NCBI GenBank assembly: GCA_021792255.1 | Contig: JAJYUZ010000001.1 | Span: 320,001 to 384,000, forward strand | DNA length: 64,000 nucleotides | DNA from: Thermoplasmata archaeon | Lineage (GTDB): Archaea; Thermoplasmatota; Thermoplasmata; Thermoplasmatales; GCA-001856825 | Reading direction: 5' to 3' | In this document: positions 1 to 10,503 of the stretch, piece after piece | Layout: each line of letters starts with the position of its first letter | Position numbering within the stretch: position 1 is the stretch's first letter | Translations under genes and position numbers: made by a program | The notes under the pieces: model-generated | What the model saw: only the letters and a program-made list of their open reading frames with translations | The model's database searches: none | What the model was told of the DNA's origin: nothing

Positions 1-955
1 CTTGAATCTTGGGTCTTATCCCAGAAGAATCTTCGTTTATCTGGGCGTTATCAATAGAAGGTAGATAGCCCCTTACGTCCTTACGGAACTCTTCTTCCCT
101 GGTCTCAACCCTGTAATCTATTTTGTCGACGTAATACGAGTTTGGTCCCATTTTGATCGAGCCAGAAATGTCTGGAGTAAGGTGTATTCCGAGTCCCGCC
201 CCTGCAGGAACTGGATACACTAAACGCCTTACCAGAGGAGTGCCGGTTATTCTAAAGTAGTCGCCTTTGCAATAATGGAGGCGGTATCCAAGTCTGTCCA
301 CGTCCAGTCCCGCCATCTCTGCAACTCTATCAGCGTATAAGCCCGCAGAATTAATGACAGTATTCGCCACGATTACGAATTCGTCGTTTGAGCTCCTCGC
401 AGTAATCTCATATCCTGAATTTCCTTTCCTTATCGACTTGACAACAGTATTTGTCGAAATAATTGCGCCGTTTATGCCGATCTTAGCTTGATAGTAATTC
501 ATGAGTTCATCGGGTTCTACTATGCCGGAAGAAGGAGAATATAAGGCCCGGTCTGCTGCGACATTCGGTTCCATCTTTTTGATCTGATCACTGTCAAGGA
601 GCTCCAAGTCCAGTATCCCATTTTCTTCCCCCTGCCTCTTGAGTTTTTCTATCTCCTTTATCTCTCTTTCTCCTCTCGCTACCGTCAGCTTACCCAGTCT
701 CTTGTAAGGAATTCTATTCCTCCCACAAAGGTCGTACATTTTCCTATTTCCTTTGACGCACAGTTCTGCCTTCAGGGAATCCCTGGGATAGTGAATTCCG
801 GAATGGATGACGCCGCTATTGTGGCTACTCACTTCCTGGCCAACTCTCTTGTTCTTTTCAAATATGAAAACGTCTTTGTTAAGCTCGGAAAGTTTGGCAG
901 CGATTGCGAGCCCTACCACGCCCCCTCCGATTATCACTATATTTGCTCTTTCCAT
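1..955 (-). CDS. FAD-dependent oxidoreductase, L-2-hydroxyglutarate oxidase (LhgO)-like; 3' end runs off the window
   Basis: Not in the ORF track. Manual translation from ATG at 955 gives MERANIVIIGGGVVGLAIAA (GxGxxG) followed by SSHNSGVIHSGIHYP, typical of the LhgO/GlpA group. Confidence 0.8.
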   Translation of the reverse strand, partial: MERANIVIIGGGVVGLAIAAKLSELNKDVFIFEKNKRVGQEVSSHNSGVIHSGIHYPRDSLKAELCVKGNRKMYDLCGRNRIPYKRLGKLTVARGEREIKEIEKLKRQGEENGILDLELLDSDQIKKMEPNVAADRALYSPSSGIVEPDELMNYYQAKIGINGAIISTNTVVKSIRKGNSGYEITARSSNDEFVIVANTVINSAGLYADRVAEMAGLDVDRLGYRLHYCKGDYFRITGTPLVRRLVYPVPAGAGLGIHLTPDISGSIKMGPNSYYVDKIDYRVETREEEFRKDVRGYLPSIDNAQINEDSSGIRPKIQ

Positions 956-1070
956 GGATTACAGGAATGAAATCTGTTTTAATGGAAGTTCTTTTTGGTG
1001 TTTTCGACCTGACTGCTAACATATCGCTATAAATGTCAGATCGGAGGACTTAGTACGAATGACCCTTAAC

Positions 1071-2852
1071 TCATTCTGCCTTGCCCGAAAATGTATTTAA
1101 GCTTCTCCTGTAGAGCTCCGTGAAAATACCCTCCTCCTTTGATAGATAGTCTAGGGTACCCTCCTGGACAACCATGCCTTTTTCCAAAACGATAATCCTG
1201 TCTGCAAGAGTGATGAGAGAGAATCTGTGGGAGATTAGAATCAGGGTCCCGTTCTTAGTATAATTTCTCATTGCAGTGATTATGCTCTTTTCAGACTTCG
1301 AATCTATCTGGGCGGTAGCCTCGTCCATGATTATGATATCGGGATTTCGGACAAACGCCCTCATTATTGAGACTGCCTGTCTCTGTCCCTCAGAAAGATT
1401 CCTGCCCATTTCTCCTACAGGAGAGTCTAAACCCTTTGGAAGCGAGTGGAAGATTTCATTCATTCCGTATCTTTTGATGAGCGACAGAACCTCCTCTCTT
1501 GTAATTCCTCTCTTAGAGTATTCGATGTTCTCAAAGATCGAACCATTGAATAGGAAGGGCTCCTGTAGAACGGGGATTATGAGCTTTCTGTACTCTCTCG
1601 TCTCGACACTCCAGAGATTTTTCATGTCTATCGTTATTTCCCCTTCCTCTGGGGATTTAAACTTCAATATGACGTTCGTGAGGGTCGTCTTGCCAGCTCC
1701 GGTCCTTCCAACTATCGCAACGCACTCACCTTTCTTTATTTCGATCGAGATGTTTGACAATGCAACACTGCTTTCGTAGGTCGCCTTAATCTTGTCCGTA
1801 ATTATGGAATCCGAGAATGCCGGGATCGGATCTTTCCCGAAATCACTATCAGGGTTGCTATCTATGATGCTGTAAATTCTCGAAGCTCCTACGACAGAAT
1901 TCTGGTAAGTATTGTAGAGTTGTGATAGCTGTACGATAGGATTGAAAAACTGCTGAACGTACGCAATGAATGCAACGACGATTCCTAGACTGATCTGACC
2001 ATTTAGCAGAGAAATCGATCCCTCGTAGATTACGAGGACCATTCCCACTGCCTCTATTACCCTTATAATCGAACTATAAAATGATGACAACCGAGTAGCG
2101 ACCATGTTTGCTCTGAAATTATCGGAATTGAGTGATTCGAATTTGCTCTCCGTGTGTGACTCGATATTGAATGCTTTTACGGTCCTGATCGCTGCAATCG
2201 TTTCTGCCAGATTCCCGGTTATGGCTGCTATCGCCCTCCTCGTCCTGAGATAATTTGATCTAACTCTCGTTTGCAATGTGATCGTAAAAATTCCAAGTAT
2301 GGGCATGACGATAAGACTGTAGAGGGCAAGTCTCGTATCAAGATGAAACATTATTCCTGCAGCAATGATTATGGTCGTGACCCCTGAAATCACTTGAGGA
2401 AGCTGGTAAGTGAGAAAGTCGGAAATTGACTCAGAATCGTTCGAAATTCTGCTTATCAGATACCCGACCTTAACCTTGCTGAAGAACTCGAGGGGAACTC
2501 TCTGCAATTTCTCGAATGACCTGTCCCTCATTCTCTTGATCACTCCCTGAGCGACCTTGGTTGAGCTGAGCGCCATCCACCTGTTGCTGAAAAACTGAAC
2601 GAAATATAGCAGGAAGAAGAGGGTCGCATACACCAGGAGTAAGTGTGCATTCCTAGACAGAATAGAATTTACGGCAAATCCTAGAGCTAGAGGATAAAGC
2701 ACCCCGGCGATAGCCGTGACCACTACCGAGATGACAAACTGCGCAGATTCCTTCTTCCAGTAAAAGATGTCCTTGACCATTCTGAGCATTGTTCTTTTCC
2801 CTTTCTCCGGTTTTAGGAACTTGTCCTCTAAAGCATCATATCCTGTCGACAT
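1071..2852 (-). CDS. ABC exporter, fused permease/ATPase (heterodimer partner)
   Basis: N-terminal TM domain, Walker A GRTGAGKT, signature LSEGQ, Walker B IIIMDE; start taken at MSTGYD. Confidence 0.92.
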   Translation of the reverse strand: MSTGYDALEDKFLKPEKGKRTMLRMVKDIFYWKKESAQFVISVVVTAIAGVLYPLALGFAVNSILSRNAHLLLVYATLFFLLYFVQFFSNRWMALSSTKVAQGVIKRMRDRSFEKLQRVPLEFFSKVKVGYLISRISNDSESISDFLTYQLPQVISGVTTIIIAAGIMFHLDTRLALYSLIVMPILGIFTITLQTRVRSNYLRTRRAIAAITGNLAETIAAIRTVKAFNIESHTESKFESLNSDNFRANMVATRLSSFYSSIIRVIEAVGMVLVIYEGSISLLNGQISLGIVVAFIAYVQQFFNPIVQLSQLYNTYQNSVVGASRIYSIIDSNPDSDFGKDPIPAFSDSIITDKIKATYESSVALSNISIEIKKGECVAIVGRTGAGKTTLTNVILKFKSPEEGEITIDMKNLWSVETREYRKLIIPVLQEPFLFNGSIFENIEYSKRGITREEVLSLIKRYGMNEIFHSLPKGLDSPVGEMGRNLSEGQRQAVSIMRAFVRNPDIIIMDEATAQIDSKSEKSIITAMRNYTKNGTLILISHRFSLITLADRIIVLEKGMVVQEGTLDYLSKEEGIFTELYRRSLNTFSGKAE

Positions 2853-4563
2853 ACCGACCCTCCTCCCCATAAGTTTCTTCCTTGAGCTCCCCTTCTTCTA
2901 TCACAAGCACCTTGTTGGCAAATGATAATGCAGAGGCTCTAAGACTGATCATCAGAATTATCGTGTCCTTGAGCGATGCCTTCAGATTGTCAAATATGCT
3001 GATCTCTGTGTCAGGATCCACGCTGGACGTGGCATCATCGAGGATCAGTATCAAAGGATTCCTGAGAACTGCCCTAGCTATCGCAATCCGCTGTCTTTGC
3101 CCACCAGAAAGAGTGATTCCCCTCTCGCCTATGACCGTATCATATTTCAGAGGAAGGGACTCTATAAATTCCGAGATCGATGCAAGTGCGGATGCTCTCT
3201 TTACCTCGGCGTCGGAGGCCTGAATTCCAAACAGAATGTTTTCCTTGATGGTACCGGACAACAGAATTATCTCTTGTGGTACTATTGATATTCTGCTCCT
3301 AAGCAGACTAATAGGAATGTCCTTGATGTTTCTCGATCCTATAGAAATGACTCCGGAGTCAGAATCATAATATCTAGTTATCAAGTTTACCATCGAGGTC
3401 TTGCCTGCACCCGTCTTTCCCGTAATTCCAATGAACTCTCCCGGAAGGGCTCTGAAGGTCACGTCTTTCAGAATAACGATATCACCTCTGGTGAACCTTA
3501 CGTGATCGAAACCTAGCATACCCGGGAGAAGACTTTCGCCGGAGCTAGCAACATCCTCCTCTCCGCCGGAAGCTGTTATCTCCTGTATCCTTCCGATTGC
3601 TGCCCTGGAATTTTCAGAAAACACTATCATTCTGCCTAGGAATGATACCGGGCTCGTCAGCATGGCGAATATTGTCACCGCCGCCACCAGACCACCAACA
3701 CTAGTCCTGTTGACCAGATCTAAATACCCTCCAAAACCGATAACAGAGCTAGATACCACGGCAACCGCCAAAGGCATGAGATTGTTGAAGGTGTTCCTCG
3801 ATTTTACTACCCTATAGTTTTCATCGTAGTACTCCTTGGTCATTGCAGAGTACTTATCCACTTCCTGGTTCTCGGCTGCCAAGCCTCTTACGACCCTTTG
3901 ACCGACTACGTTCTCTTGAAGGGTCTCTCCAAGCTTTCCGTAAGTCGTCCTTATCTCCTTCCATATTGGTCTCTGTCTCCTAGACGAAAGCATGCCCAGG
4001 ATGATCAAGACCGGAACTATCAGAGCGAGAAGGAGGGAGAACAAGGGAGATACAAGAAAGAGAAGAACGAAAGCTTCGATGATTAGGAATATTGTAGGAA
4101 ACAAGTTTGTGAACATGGATAGATTGAAATTCCGTGTTGCCTCGATGTCCATGGTCCCTCTCGAAAGCAAGTCTCCGGAAGTTTGTGTTTCAAAGAACAA
4201 AAACCGCTTCCTTACAAGATGGGCGACGAGATCCTTTCTCAGATTGAACGCGAACGTCTGGCTTATGTACTGCCCCCCATAGTTGACTATGAAACTCACC
4301 ATGCCCGAAATGGAGTAGGCTATGACGATCAGAATGCTTATGTGAAGTATTGATGAATAATCTCCAGCTTCGAGTGCTGAAACAGCATCTCCTATGTAGA
4401 TTGGGACGAGAAGGAGAGTAAAATTTGAGACCATTCCAGCTACTATGACCAACGTGAAAATTCCCCGCCTGTTCTTCAGATAGGGTCTGGCAAAAAGTAC
4501 TGGTTCGAACACTTTCAAGAATGATCCTAATCTCACCTTTAGTTGCACTCGGTCAACAGACAT
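2836..4563 (-). CDS. ABC exporter, fused permease/ATPase (heterodimer partner)
   Basis: GKTGAGKT, LSGGQ, degenerate Walker B ILILDD and no H-loop His, as in heterodimeric exporters; overlaps the partner gene. Confidence 0.92.
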   Translation of the reverse strand: MSVDRVQLKVRLGSFLKVFEPVLFARPYLKNRRGIFTLVIVAGMVSNFTLLLVPIYIGDAVSALEAGDYSSILHISILIVIAYSISGMVSFIVNYGGQYISQTFAFNLRKDLVAHLVRKRFLFFETQTSGDLLSRGTMDIEATRNFNLSMFTNLFPTIFLIIEAFVLLFLVSPLFSLLLALIVPVLIILGMLSSRRQRPIWKEIRTTYGKLGETLQENVVGQRVVRGLAAENQEVDKYSAMTKEYYDENYRVVKSRNTFNNLMPLAVAVVSSSVIGFGGYLDLVNRTSVGGLVAAVTIFAMLTSPVSFLGRMIVFSENSRAAIGRIQEITASGGEEDVASSGESLLPGMLGFDHVRFTRGDIVILKDVTFRALPGEFIGITGKTGAGKTSMVNLITRYYDSDSGVISIGSRNIKDIPISLLRSRISIVPQEIILLSGTIKENILFGIQASDAEVKRASALASISEFIESLPLKYDTVIGERGITLSGGQRQRIAIARAVLRNPLILILDDATSSVDPDTEISIFDNLKASLKDTIILMISLRASALSFANKVLVIEEGELKEETYGEEGRYVDRI

Positions 4564-4785
4564 TGTTTGGTTTTTCTCCCTGACTTATGATTTCCGAGAT
4601 GATGGCTGTAGATATTATTTTTTGGATTAGGGCAATAAATTTTCTATTGAATTTTTGGGAGTTTTGAATCTGTAATTGGCATCGATCCTAGAGAGCGGTG
4701 AAAGAAATTCTAGACTATCTCTTCATTTTTACATTCACCTTTTTGCTACGCTAATGATTAAATAGAGTGTCCGTCATGTCAAAAC

Positions 4786-7263
4786 ATGACGCGGAAATTA
4801 CTCGTCTTTTTGGTGCTTGTGATTTCAGTCGTAATGCTCGTGCCTGGCATTTCGATGCTCCAAAATTCTCACGCACCTACGGCCATAAAAACGCCTTCTA
4901 TCACGTCGGTCAGTCCCGCCGGTCTCGGAACAAACATCGTAAGCAGCCCACCAACCACGTATAAGCACTATTTCCCACCGAACTTCAATGCAAGGACTAA
5001 GGAAGTTAATGGTGTTGTGACGCCTCTGTACTCGACAAGCCCTGCTCCAATGGGAGTTGGTTCATGGGGAATCACCAACAATTCTGGTGCGATTACTGGA
5101 TATGTTCTCAACACATCAAGTTTTGAGGGGACTGCGGTTCTAAACAATCTTACGACGGTAGACTTGACGAACGACGGACCTGATCAGTACACGATGCAGC
5201 TCAATACGATATTAAGAAACGTTACGCTCTTTGGGAATTCGAGCTTCGTCTTCTGGAATCAGAATGTAGTTCTCTACACGGCACACAATCACACTCTGAC
5301 TTTCGAAGACAATATTTGGAATTTCACTAGCTCTTCTTTCCTTATGAATAATAACACCTTTTACAGCTATGATGGCAACCTTATTGCTCCATACTATTAC
5401 TACGCAGTCGGACCCTCCCTGTCAGTGAGTTACCCATTCACCGTTCACCTTTTCCTCAATTCTACCATGATAAACAACAGAGATGCAGTTTTCTTCAATT
5501 ACTCAGTAATTTCTTCTAACGGGACATACACAGGTTCCTATGACAGAGTCATTTTCAACAGCACCTACGGAATGCCTTCGACTTTCAGTACTCCTACTGC
5601 ATACTACCAGATAAACGGATTCCAAGTCACCCCTAACGGGTTTTTGCCATATGACGCAGAACTCATGATAGGAGGACCTGGAGGAGGAAGTACGACAAAC
5701 GTATTCTCCATAAACGGTACTATGACCTTATCATACCTTCCATCCGGATCAACGACCAGCCAGTACATTTCTGTGCCTTCCGCATATGACTTTGGAACGG
5801 ACACTGGTGAGACAGCATCCGGCATTGCAGAATGGTGGACTGGAAATACCGTTCACTTAGGTACGGGACCTTCCTTACTCTATCCAATGTGGAATATATC
5901 TTCGAATTCGGGGTACCAGACCTTGTCCGGTACTGTGACTCCGTCCAATTCGTTTATCTTCATGAGCAATGGGACGTTCAGTGATCCTTATGCAGCTTGG
6001 GCTCCGGTCAACAATGATGGATCGTTCAATTATCAGCTTGCTCCTGGAATTTACTCTGGAAGGGTTCTGATGAGCGACTATGTTCCTCAGAATTTCTCAT
6101 TCACTTCATCCGCATCCGTGAGCATATCTCTTGTGAAGAACACTGCAAAGGGCATCTACACACCTCTGGTCGCTATGAACAACCAGCAACTCCAGTATAT
6201 CTCTTCGAGCGGAAATGGTACCCAGGGCAACCCTTACGTGATTGAAAACAACCAGTACTTTGCCATAGATCCTCTGTTCTGGGAATGGAATGACTATCTC
6301 TTCCCTGTGTTCTCCGGTATATTGCTTGTGGACACCAGCGCATATGTGCTGATATCGCATGCAGCGCCATTCCTGATATACTATCCATCCTTCACGTACC
6401 CGGTTTTGGACTATTACGGCCTTCCAACCTATAACTTCATGCCAACGGAACTCTACGGCACTTCGCACGTTTCTATAATGAACAGTCAGTATACGGGATG
6501 GTTCCCTTCGGCTTTCCAGTCAACCTACGGTTATCCGGTGATAGGAAATGTAATCACTTGGAATGCCTCTTCTACTCTGATAGCAAACAATGACTTCCTC
6601 GATATGGGCGCCTCAGTTACTGTATATGGAGGATCAGGCAACCTGATCTGGGGGAACTATTTTGAGCAGAGTGAGCCGATCGCACCAGCTGGTTTACTTG
6701 CGTTCGGACCCGATCCGATTGGACTGACAATATATTCTTCGGACAACACGATATTCAACAACAATTTCTACGTTCTTATCACGACCTTGTCTCCTGCGTA
6801 CAACATATACAACGGAGCAACAACGCTCTATAACAACACCTGGAATGTCACGGCTGAGCCTTCTACAACCGCCACAGCGTTCAACGGTCAGTCTCTATCA
6901 GGCAGCGTAGTGGACAATGGTTACGTCTCTGGAAACGTCTACTGGGATGAAATCCCAGGACAGCCTTACAACGATTCTGGATTCGTCGCCAGCGGCTATG
7001 ATTATTCACCGGTCGTTCCGAATGTGTACAACGTCACAGTAACGTTAAACAACCTCAAACCCGGAATGACGGCAAACGTATATCTCGTCCAGGATAGTCA
7101 GTACCAATATCTTTTCGAGAACTCGGGTACCTCCACTGTGACAGTTCCGACTTTCAACGGAACTTACTTCATTGTAGTCGTTGCCCAGGGACAGTTCTAC
7201 TTCGATTACAAACAGACAGTAACAGTCAACGGAAACTCAGTAGCAGTCACAATAAACCTTTGA
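4786..7263 (+). CDS. Thermopsin-family (peptidase A5) secreted protein with C-terminal beta-helix and Ig-like domains
   Basis: Signal peptide; PAPMG, MQLN, FWNQNV, DNIWNF, DAELMIGGPGGG and FGTDTGE motifs of thermopsins. Confidence 0.88.
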   Translation: MTRKLLVFLVLVISVVMLVPGISMLQNSHAPTAIKTPSITSVSPAGLGTNIVSSPPTTYKHYFPPNFNARTKEVNGVVTPLYSTSPAPMGVGSWGITNNSGAITGYVLNTSSFEGTAVLNNLTTVDLTNDGPDQYTMQLNTILRNVTLFGNSSFVFWNQNVVLYTAHNHTLTFEDNIWNFTSSSFLMNNNTFYSYDGNLIAPYYYYAVGPSLSVSYPFTVHLFLNSTMINNRDAVFFNYSVISSNGTYTGSYDRVIFNSTYGMPSTFSTPTAYYQINGFQVTPNGFLPYDAELMIGGPGGGSTTNVFSINGTMTLSYLPSGSTTSQYISVPSAYDFGTDTGETASGIAEWWTGNTVHLGTGPSLLYPMWNISSNSGYQTLSGTVTPSNSFIFMSNGTFSDPYAAWAPVNNDGSFNYQLAPGIYSGRVLMSDYVPQNFSFTSSASVSISLVKNTAKGIYTPLVAMNNQQLQYISSSGNGTQGNPYVIENNQYFAIDPLFWEWNDYLFPVFSGILLVDTSAYVLISHAAPFLIYYPSFTYPVLDYYGLPTYNFMPTELYGTSHVSIMNSQYTGWFPSAFQSTYGYPVIGNVITWNASSTLIANNDFLDMGASVTVYGGSGNLIWGNYFEQSEPIAPAGLLAFGPDPIGLTIYSSDNTIFNNNFYVLITTLSPAYNIYNGATTLYNNTWNVTAEPSTTATAFNGQSLSGSVVDNGYVSGNVYWDEIPGQPYNDSGFVASGYDYSPVVPNVYNVTVTLNNLKPGMTANVYLVQDSQYQYLFENSGTSTVTVPTFNGTYFIVVVAQGQFYFDYKQTVTVNGNSVAVTINL

Positions 7264-7267
7264 TCAC

Positions 7268-7299
7268 TTTTCTTTCTCCTTTTTTTTCTTTTTCTTTTT
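7268..7299 (+). terminator. Oligo-T archaeal-type terminator
   Basis: About 30 nt of near-pure T/C immediately after the thermopsin stop codon. Confidence 0.65.
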
Positions 7300-7330
7300 A
7301 AAACCAAGATTATTTATGCCATTTTTATGA

Positions 7331-8098
7331 TTGATATCCCGTATGGATTATGGTTACACCAGCATCATAGGCAAGACCAGGGAAAAAGATGAAGACTCGT
7401 TATTGATCCTCTCGGCACTGTCTTCGTCGAATCAGACTAGCGAGGAGAGGATCCTGGCAGTGGTTGCTGATGGCATGGGTGGAGGGGAATCGGGAGAGAT
7501 CGCTAGCAAGATAGCAGTGGATGCATTCAAGAGCTCCCTTGGTCCTCTAATTCTCAGAGACAAATATCGGAGCATGGAGATTAGGGATATGATGAAGGAA
7601 AGCTTTGTTAGGGCAAATTCCGATATATTGCAGTATGCGAGGGTACAAAACTTCTACTTGATGGGCACAACCGCGACAACCGTGTTCCTCTCTGGGGATC
7701 ACTTGGCTGTCGGAAACATAGGAGACTCTAGAACGTACATTTTTGACTCAAATGGACACACCAAATTCAGAACCAGAGATCACACTTATGTCCAAGGGCT
7801 TGTAGATTCAAAAGAGATTTCCGCGGAAGATGCGCGAAGTGATCCCCGCAGAAACGAACTCACTAGGGCGCTGGGAATAGAAGCAGTTGCTTCACCCGAT
7901 TACTACAGAATAAAAATTAGAAGCGGGGACTCTATCCTGCTCTGCTGTGATGGATTATGGGAAGCTTACAGCGATGAGGAAATCGGAATGTCTGTCGCTT
8001 CTCAAGCTCCCGCTCAAGAAATTGCGAATAGCCTTACGGCATCTGCGAACGAGAAAGACGGGAGTGACAACATCTCCATGATACTTATCAGAACATAG
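7331..8098 (+). CDS. PPM/PP2C-family protein phosphatase
   Basis: R..DED, VADGMGG, MGTT, NIGDSR, LTRALG, CCDGLW and DNIS motifs; real start may be ATG 7343. Confidence 0.92.
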   Translation: MISRMDYGYTSIIGKTREKDEDSLLILSALSSSNQTSEERILAVVADGMGGGESGEIASKIAVDAFKSSLGPLILRDKYRSMEIRDMMKESFVRANSDILQYARVQNFYLMGTTATTVFLSGDHLAVGNIGDSRTYIFDSNGHTKFRTRDHTYVQGLVDSKEISAEDARSDPRRNELTRALGIEAVASPDYYRIKIRSGDSILLCCDGLWEAYSDEEIGMSVASQAPAQEIANSLTASANEKDGSDNISMILIRT

Positions 8099-8187
8099 CC
8101 AATCAAACGTGGAGCGCTGTAAATATGCTCTAATTTTTTTAATATATGTAAGAAAGATTTATTAGACTTAACTTCTATCGGTCTATA

Positions 8188-8439
8188 TTGAAAATCGACA
8201 AGAAAGCGAGGGCAGCGATCATAATATTCGCTGAGGGCGTCATTGTCTATTTTATCACCTCCTATTTCATAATAGGTCCTCTTTTCCGAGAGTTCTACGT
8301 CAGCCAGCCCGTGGTCGGTCAGCTTCCGTATATTACTGCTTACATTTCGGTGGGAATTGCAGCCGCGTTCACTAGCATAGCCCTGGTCGTCTACCCTGCA
8401 TTGAAGTTTAGAGAGTCTGGTGAGGAAGTTGGACAATAA
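8188..8439 (+). CDS. Small two-TM membrane protein, probable oxidase accessory subunit
   Basis: Two hydrophobic segments; first gene of the oxidase operon, overlapping subunit II. Confidence 0.6.
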   Translation: MKIDKKARAAIIIFAEGVIVYFITSYFIIGPLFREFYVSQPVVGQLPYITAYISVGIAAAFTSIALVVYPALKFRESGEEVGQ

Positions 8440-8866
8440 GACTAAAGTGGAACTGATCTGGATTGTTGCGGTCATTGCAATCCTGGGCTGGGCAGCAGTT
8501 TCGAACGCTTCCTACCTCCACACAAATTCGGTCAATATTGCAAACCCGGTCGGAAGTAGTCCAGAGGGAGTCGTTATCAACGTAACTGGCTATCAATGGG
8601 CTTGGGCCTTCCAGTATCCCAACGGAACTATTAGCACTGATGTTTTGTATCTAAACAATAACACAACCTATACTCTTATGGTCTCAAGCAAGGACGTCAT
8701 CCACGATCTTTACATCCCCCAGTTCGGAGTGAATGTCTACGCGGTGAATGGACATCCTAACCAGATAACGTTCAAGCCTACGAAGGCTGGGACTTACATA
8801 TTTGAATGTGTGGAGTACTGTGGCGAATACCACTACGAGATGAGGGGGACGGTGGTGGTCACTTAA
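8420..8866 (+). CDS. coxB: Heme-copper oxidase subunit II (CuA)
   Basis: Single TM helix, QWAW, DVIH and CVEYCGEYHYEM CuA motif. Confidence 0.93.
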   Translation: MRKLDNKTKVELIWIVAVIAILGWAAVSNASYLHTNSVNIANPVGSSPEGVVINVTGYQWAWAFQYPNGTISTDVLYLNNNTTYTLMVSSKDVIHDLYIPQFGVNVYAVNGHPNQITFKPTKAGTYIFECVEYCGEYHYEMRGTVVVT

Positions 8867-10503
8867 TGGGCTTTTCTTTTGAGCTTGCAGTATTTGGTTC
8901 CACCATCGCAATATTGATCATAATGGGATTCCTCCTGTACTATTTTGCAGTCGATTATAGAAGGAACCTTCTCGGTAACGGAAATTCGGAACTTCCGAAG
9001 AAGGAATCCAATGCCATTCTCTCAAAAATGAGTAGGGAACTGAGCTTCACTGCATTCATAATGGACGACAGCAAGTCGATCGGTATCAGGTACATAATTA
9101 CGAGTCTTGCGTTGTTCTTTATAGCGGGACTTGCGGGGATAGGAATGAGATTATCACTCTGGTTTCCAAACCCCAGTTTCCTTACGCCAGTTCAGTACAA
9201 CATCCTTCTCACTGCTCACGGAACGCTTATGTTATACGGGTGGGCAGTCGGAGGTATCCTGGGCCTAAGCTATTATTTGCTTCCTACTTCGATTCGGCTC
9301 AGGAAAGATTCGCTTGGGGTTGTAAGCTCAATAATGTACTGGATGTTCTTGGTTGGCTCACTATTCATTATCTTTTCTAGGAGTACTGCTACTTGGTACT
9401 TTTACTACCCACTGGTCGACCAACTCACCGCATCGGGTGGAGGGACACTTTCCTTCGGTAGTCTCATAGGAGTCATGCTCATACTCGTAGCAACTGTCGT
9501 GTCGAGCATCATATTCCTGAAGATGATCTTCCTTGATAGGGATGAGTCGATCAGGCTGTCAAACCTTCCCCTATTCGCTTGGTCAATTGTATCGACTGCA
9601 TTCTTGATAATCGCTTCCGCTCCAGTATCTATTATCGCAGATGGATTCCTAATATACGACCTCATAAACCCGATATTCTTTCAAGCAGCGAACGGCACTG
9701 CTCTTGCATATGCAATCCTCTTCTGGTTCTGGGGGCATCCTATAGTCTATGTTGCGGTCATACCTGCATTTGGACTCATTTATGAACTTCTTCCGAGATT
9801 TACTGGAACGAAGATATACAGCTACAAGGCGGGAGTTCTTTCCCTGCTGTTGCTCATGGTTCTCAGTGGCACCGTCTGGGGGCACCACCTGTTCAACAGT
9901 GGTCTTGGAACCGTCTGGGACCTTATCTTTTCGACCACCTCTTTCATCGTTGCAGTACCATCAGCTATGTCCGTTTTTAACTGGATAGCGACTATGTGGG
10001 TCGGAAGGATTAGAATTACCGTTCCCACTTTGTTCATAATCAATGCAATTATCGATTTCATCATTGGTGGAGTTTCTGGAGTGATGGCTGCTGATGTCGG
10101 AGTAAATCAGCTCATTCACGGGACTTACGCCATAACCGCACACTTTCACTTCATACTTCTGGGCCTAACGACTGGGATGGCCTTCGCTGCAATCTACGTG
10201 TTGTTTCCTACCCTTACCGGGGGAAGAAATTACAACATTCCAATGGCAAAGGTACACTTCTATCTGACCTCGATTGGTACCTGGGTGATGTCTGGATTTT
10301 GGCTCGTAGGTGGTTTTGCGGGAATGCCGAGAAGAGTCGCAGGTTATTTCGGTATCTTTCAGACTTATCAGGACGCAGCAGCCATAGGAGGAGTCATACT
10401 GGGACTGGGGTATCTGATATTCTTGATAAACTTCCTTTACTCGGGGAGTAGACCAGTTGAGACAGGAACGGGAAACATCCTGGAAGAGGAGGTATCAGCG
10501 TGA
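8866..10503 (+). CDS. coxA: Heme-copper oxidase subunit I
   Basis: His ligands in TAHG, GHPIVY, WGHH, AHFH, plus GMPRR; start placed at the TAATG overlap with coxB. Confidence 0.95.
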   Translation: MGFSFELAVFGSTIAILIIMGFLLYYFAVDYRRNLLGNGNSELPKKESNAILSKMSRELSFTAFIMDDSKSIGIRYIITSLALFFIAGLAGIGMRLSLWFPNPSFLTPVQYNILLTAHGTLMLYGWAVGGILGLSYYLLPTSIRLRKDSLGVVSSIMYWMFLVGSLFIIFSRSTATWYFYYPLVDQLTASGGGTLSFGSLIGVMLILVATVVSSIIFLKMIFLDRDESIRLSNLPLFAWSIVSTAFLIIASAPVSIIADGFLIYDLINPIFFQAANGTALAYAILFWFWGHPIVYVAVIPAFGLIYELLPRFTGTKIYSYKAGVLSLLLLMVLSGTVWGHHLFNSGLGTVWDLIFSTTSFIVAVPSAMSVFNWIATMWVGRIRITVPTLFIINAIIDFIIGGVSGVMAADVGVNQLIHGTYAITAHFHFILLGLTTGMAFAAIYVLFPTLTGGRNYNIPMAKVHFYLTSIGTWVMSGFWLVGGFAGMPRRVAGYFGIFQTYQDAAAIGGVILGLGYLIFLINFLYSGSRPVETGTGNILEEEVSA

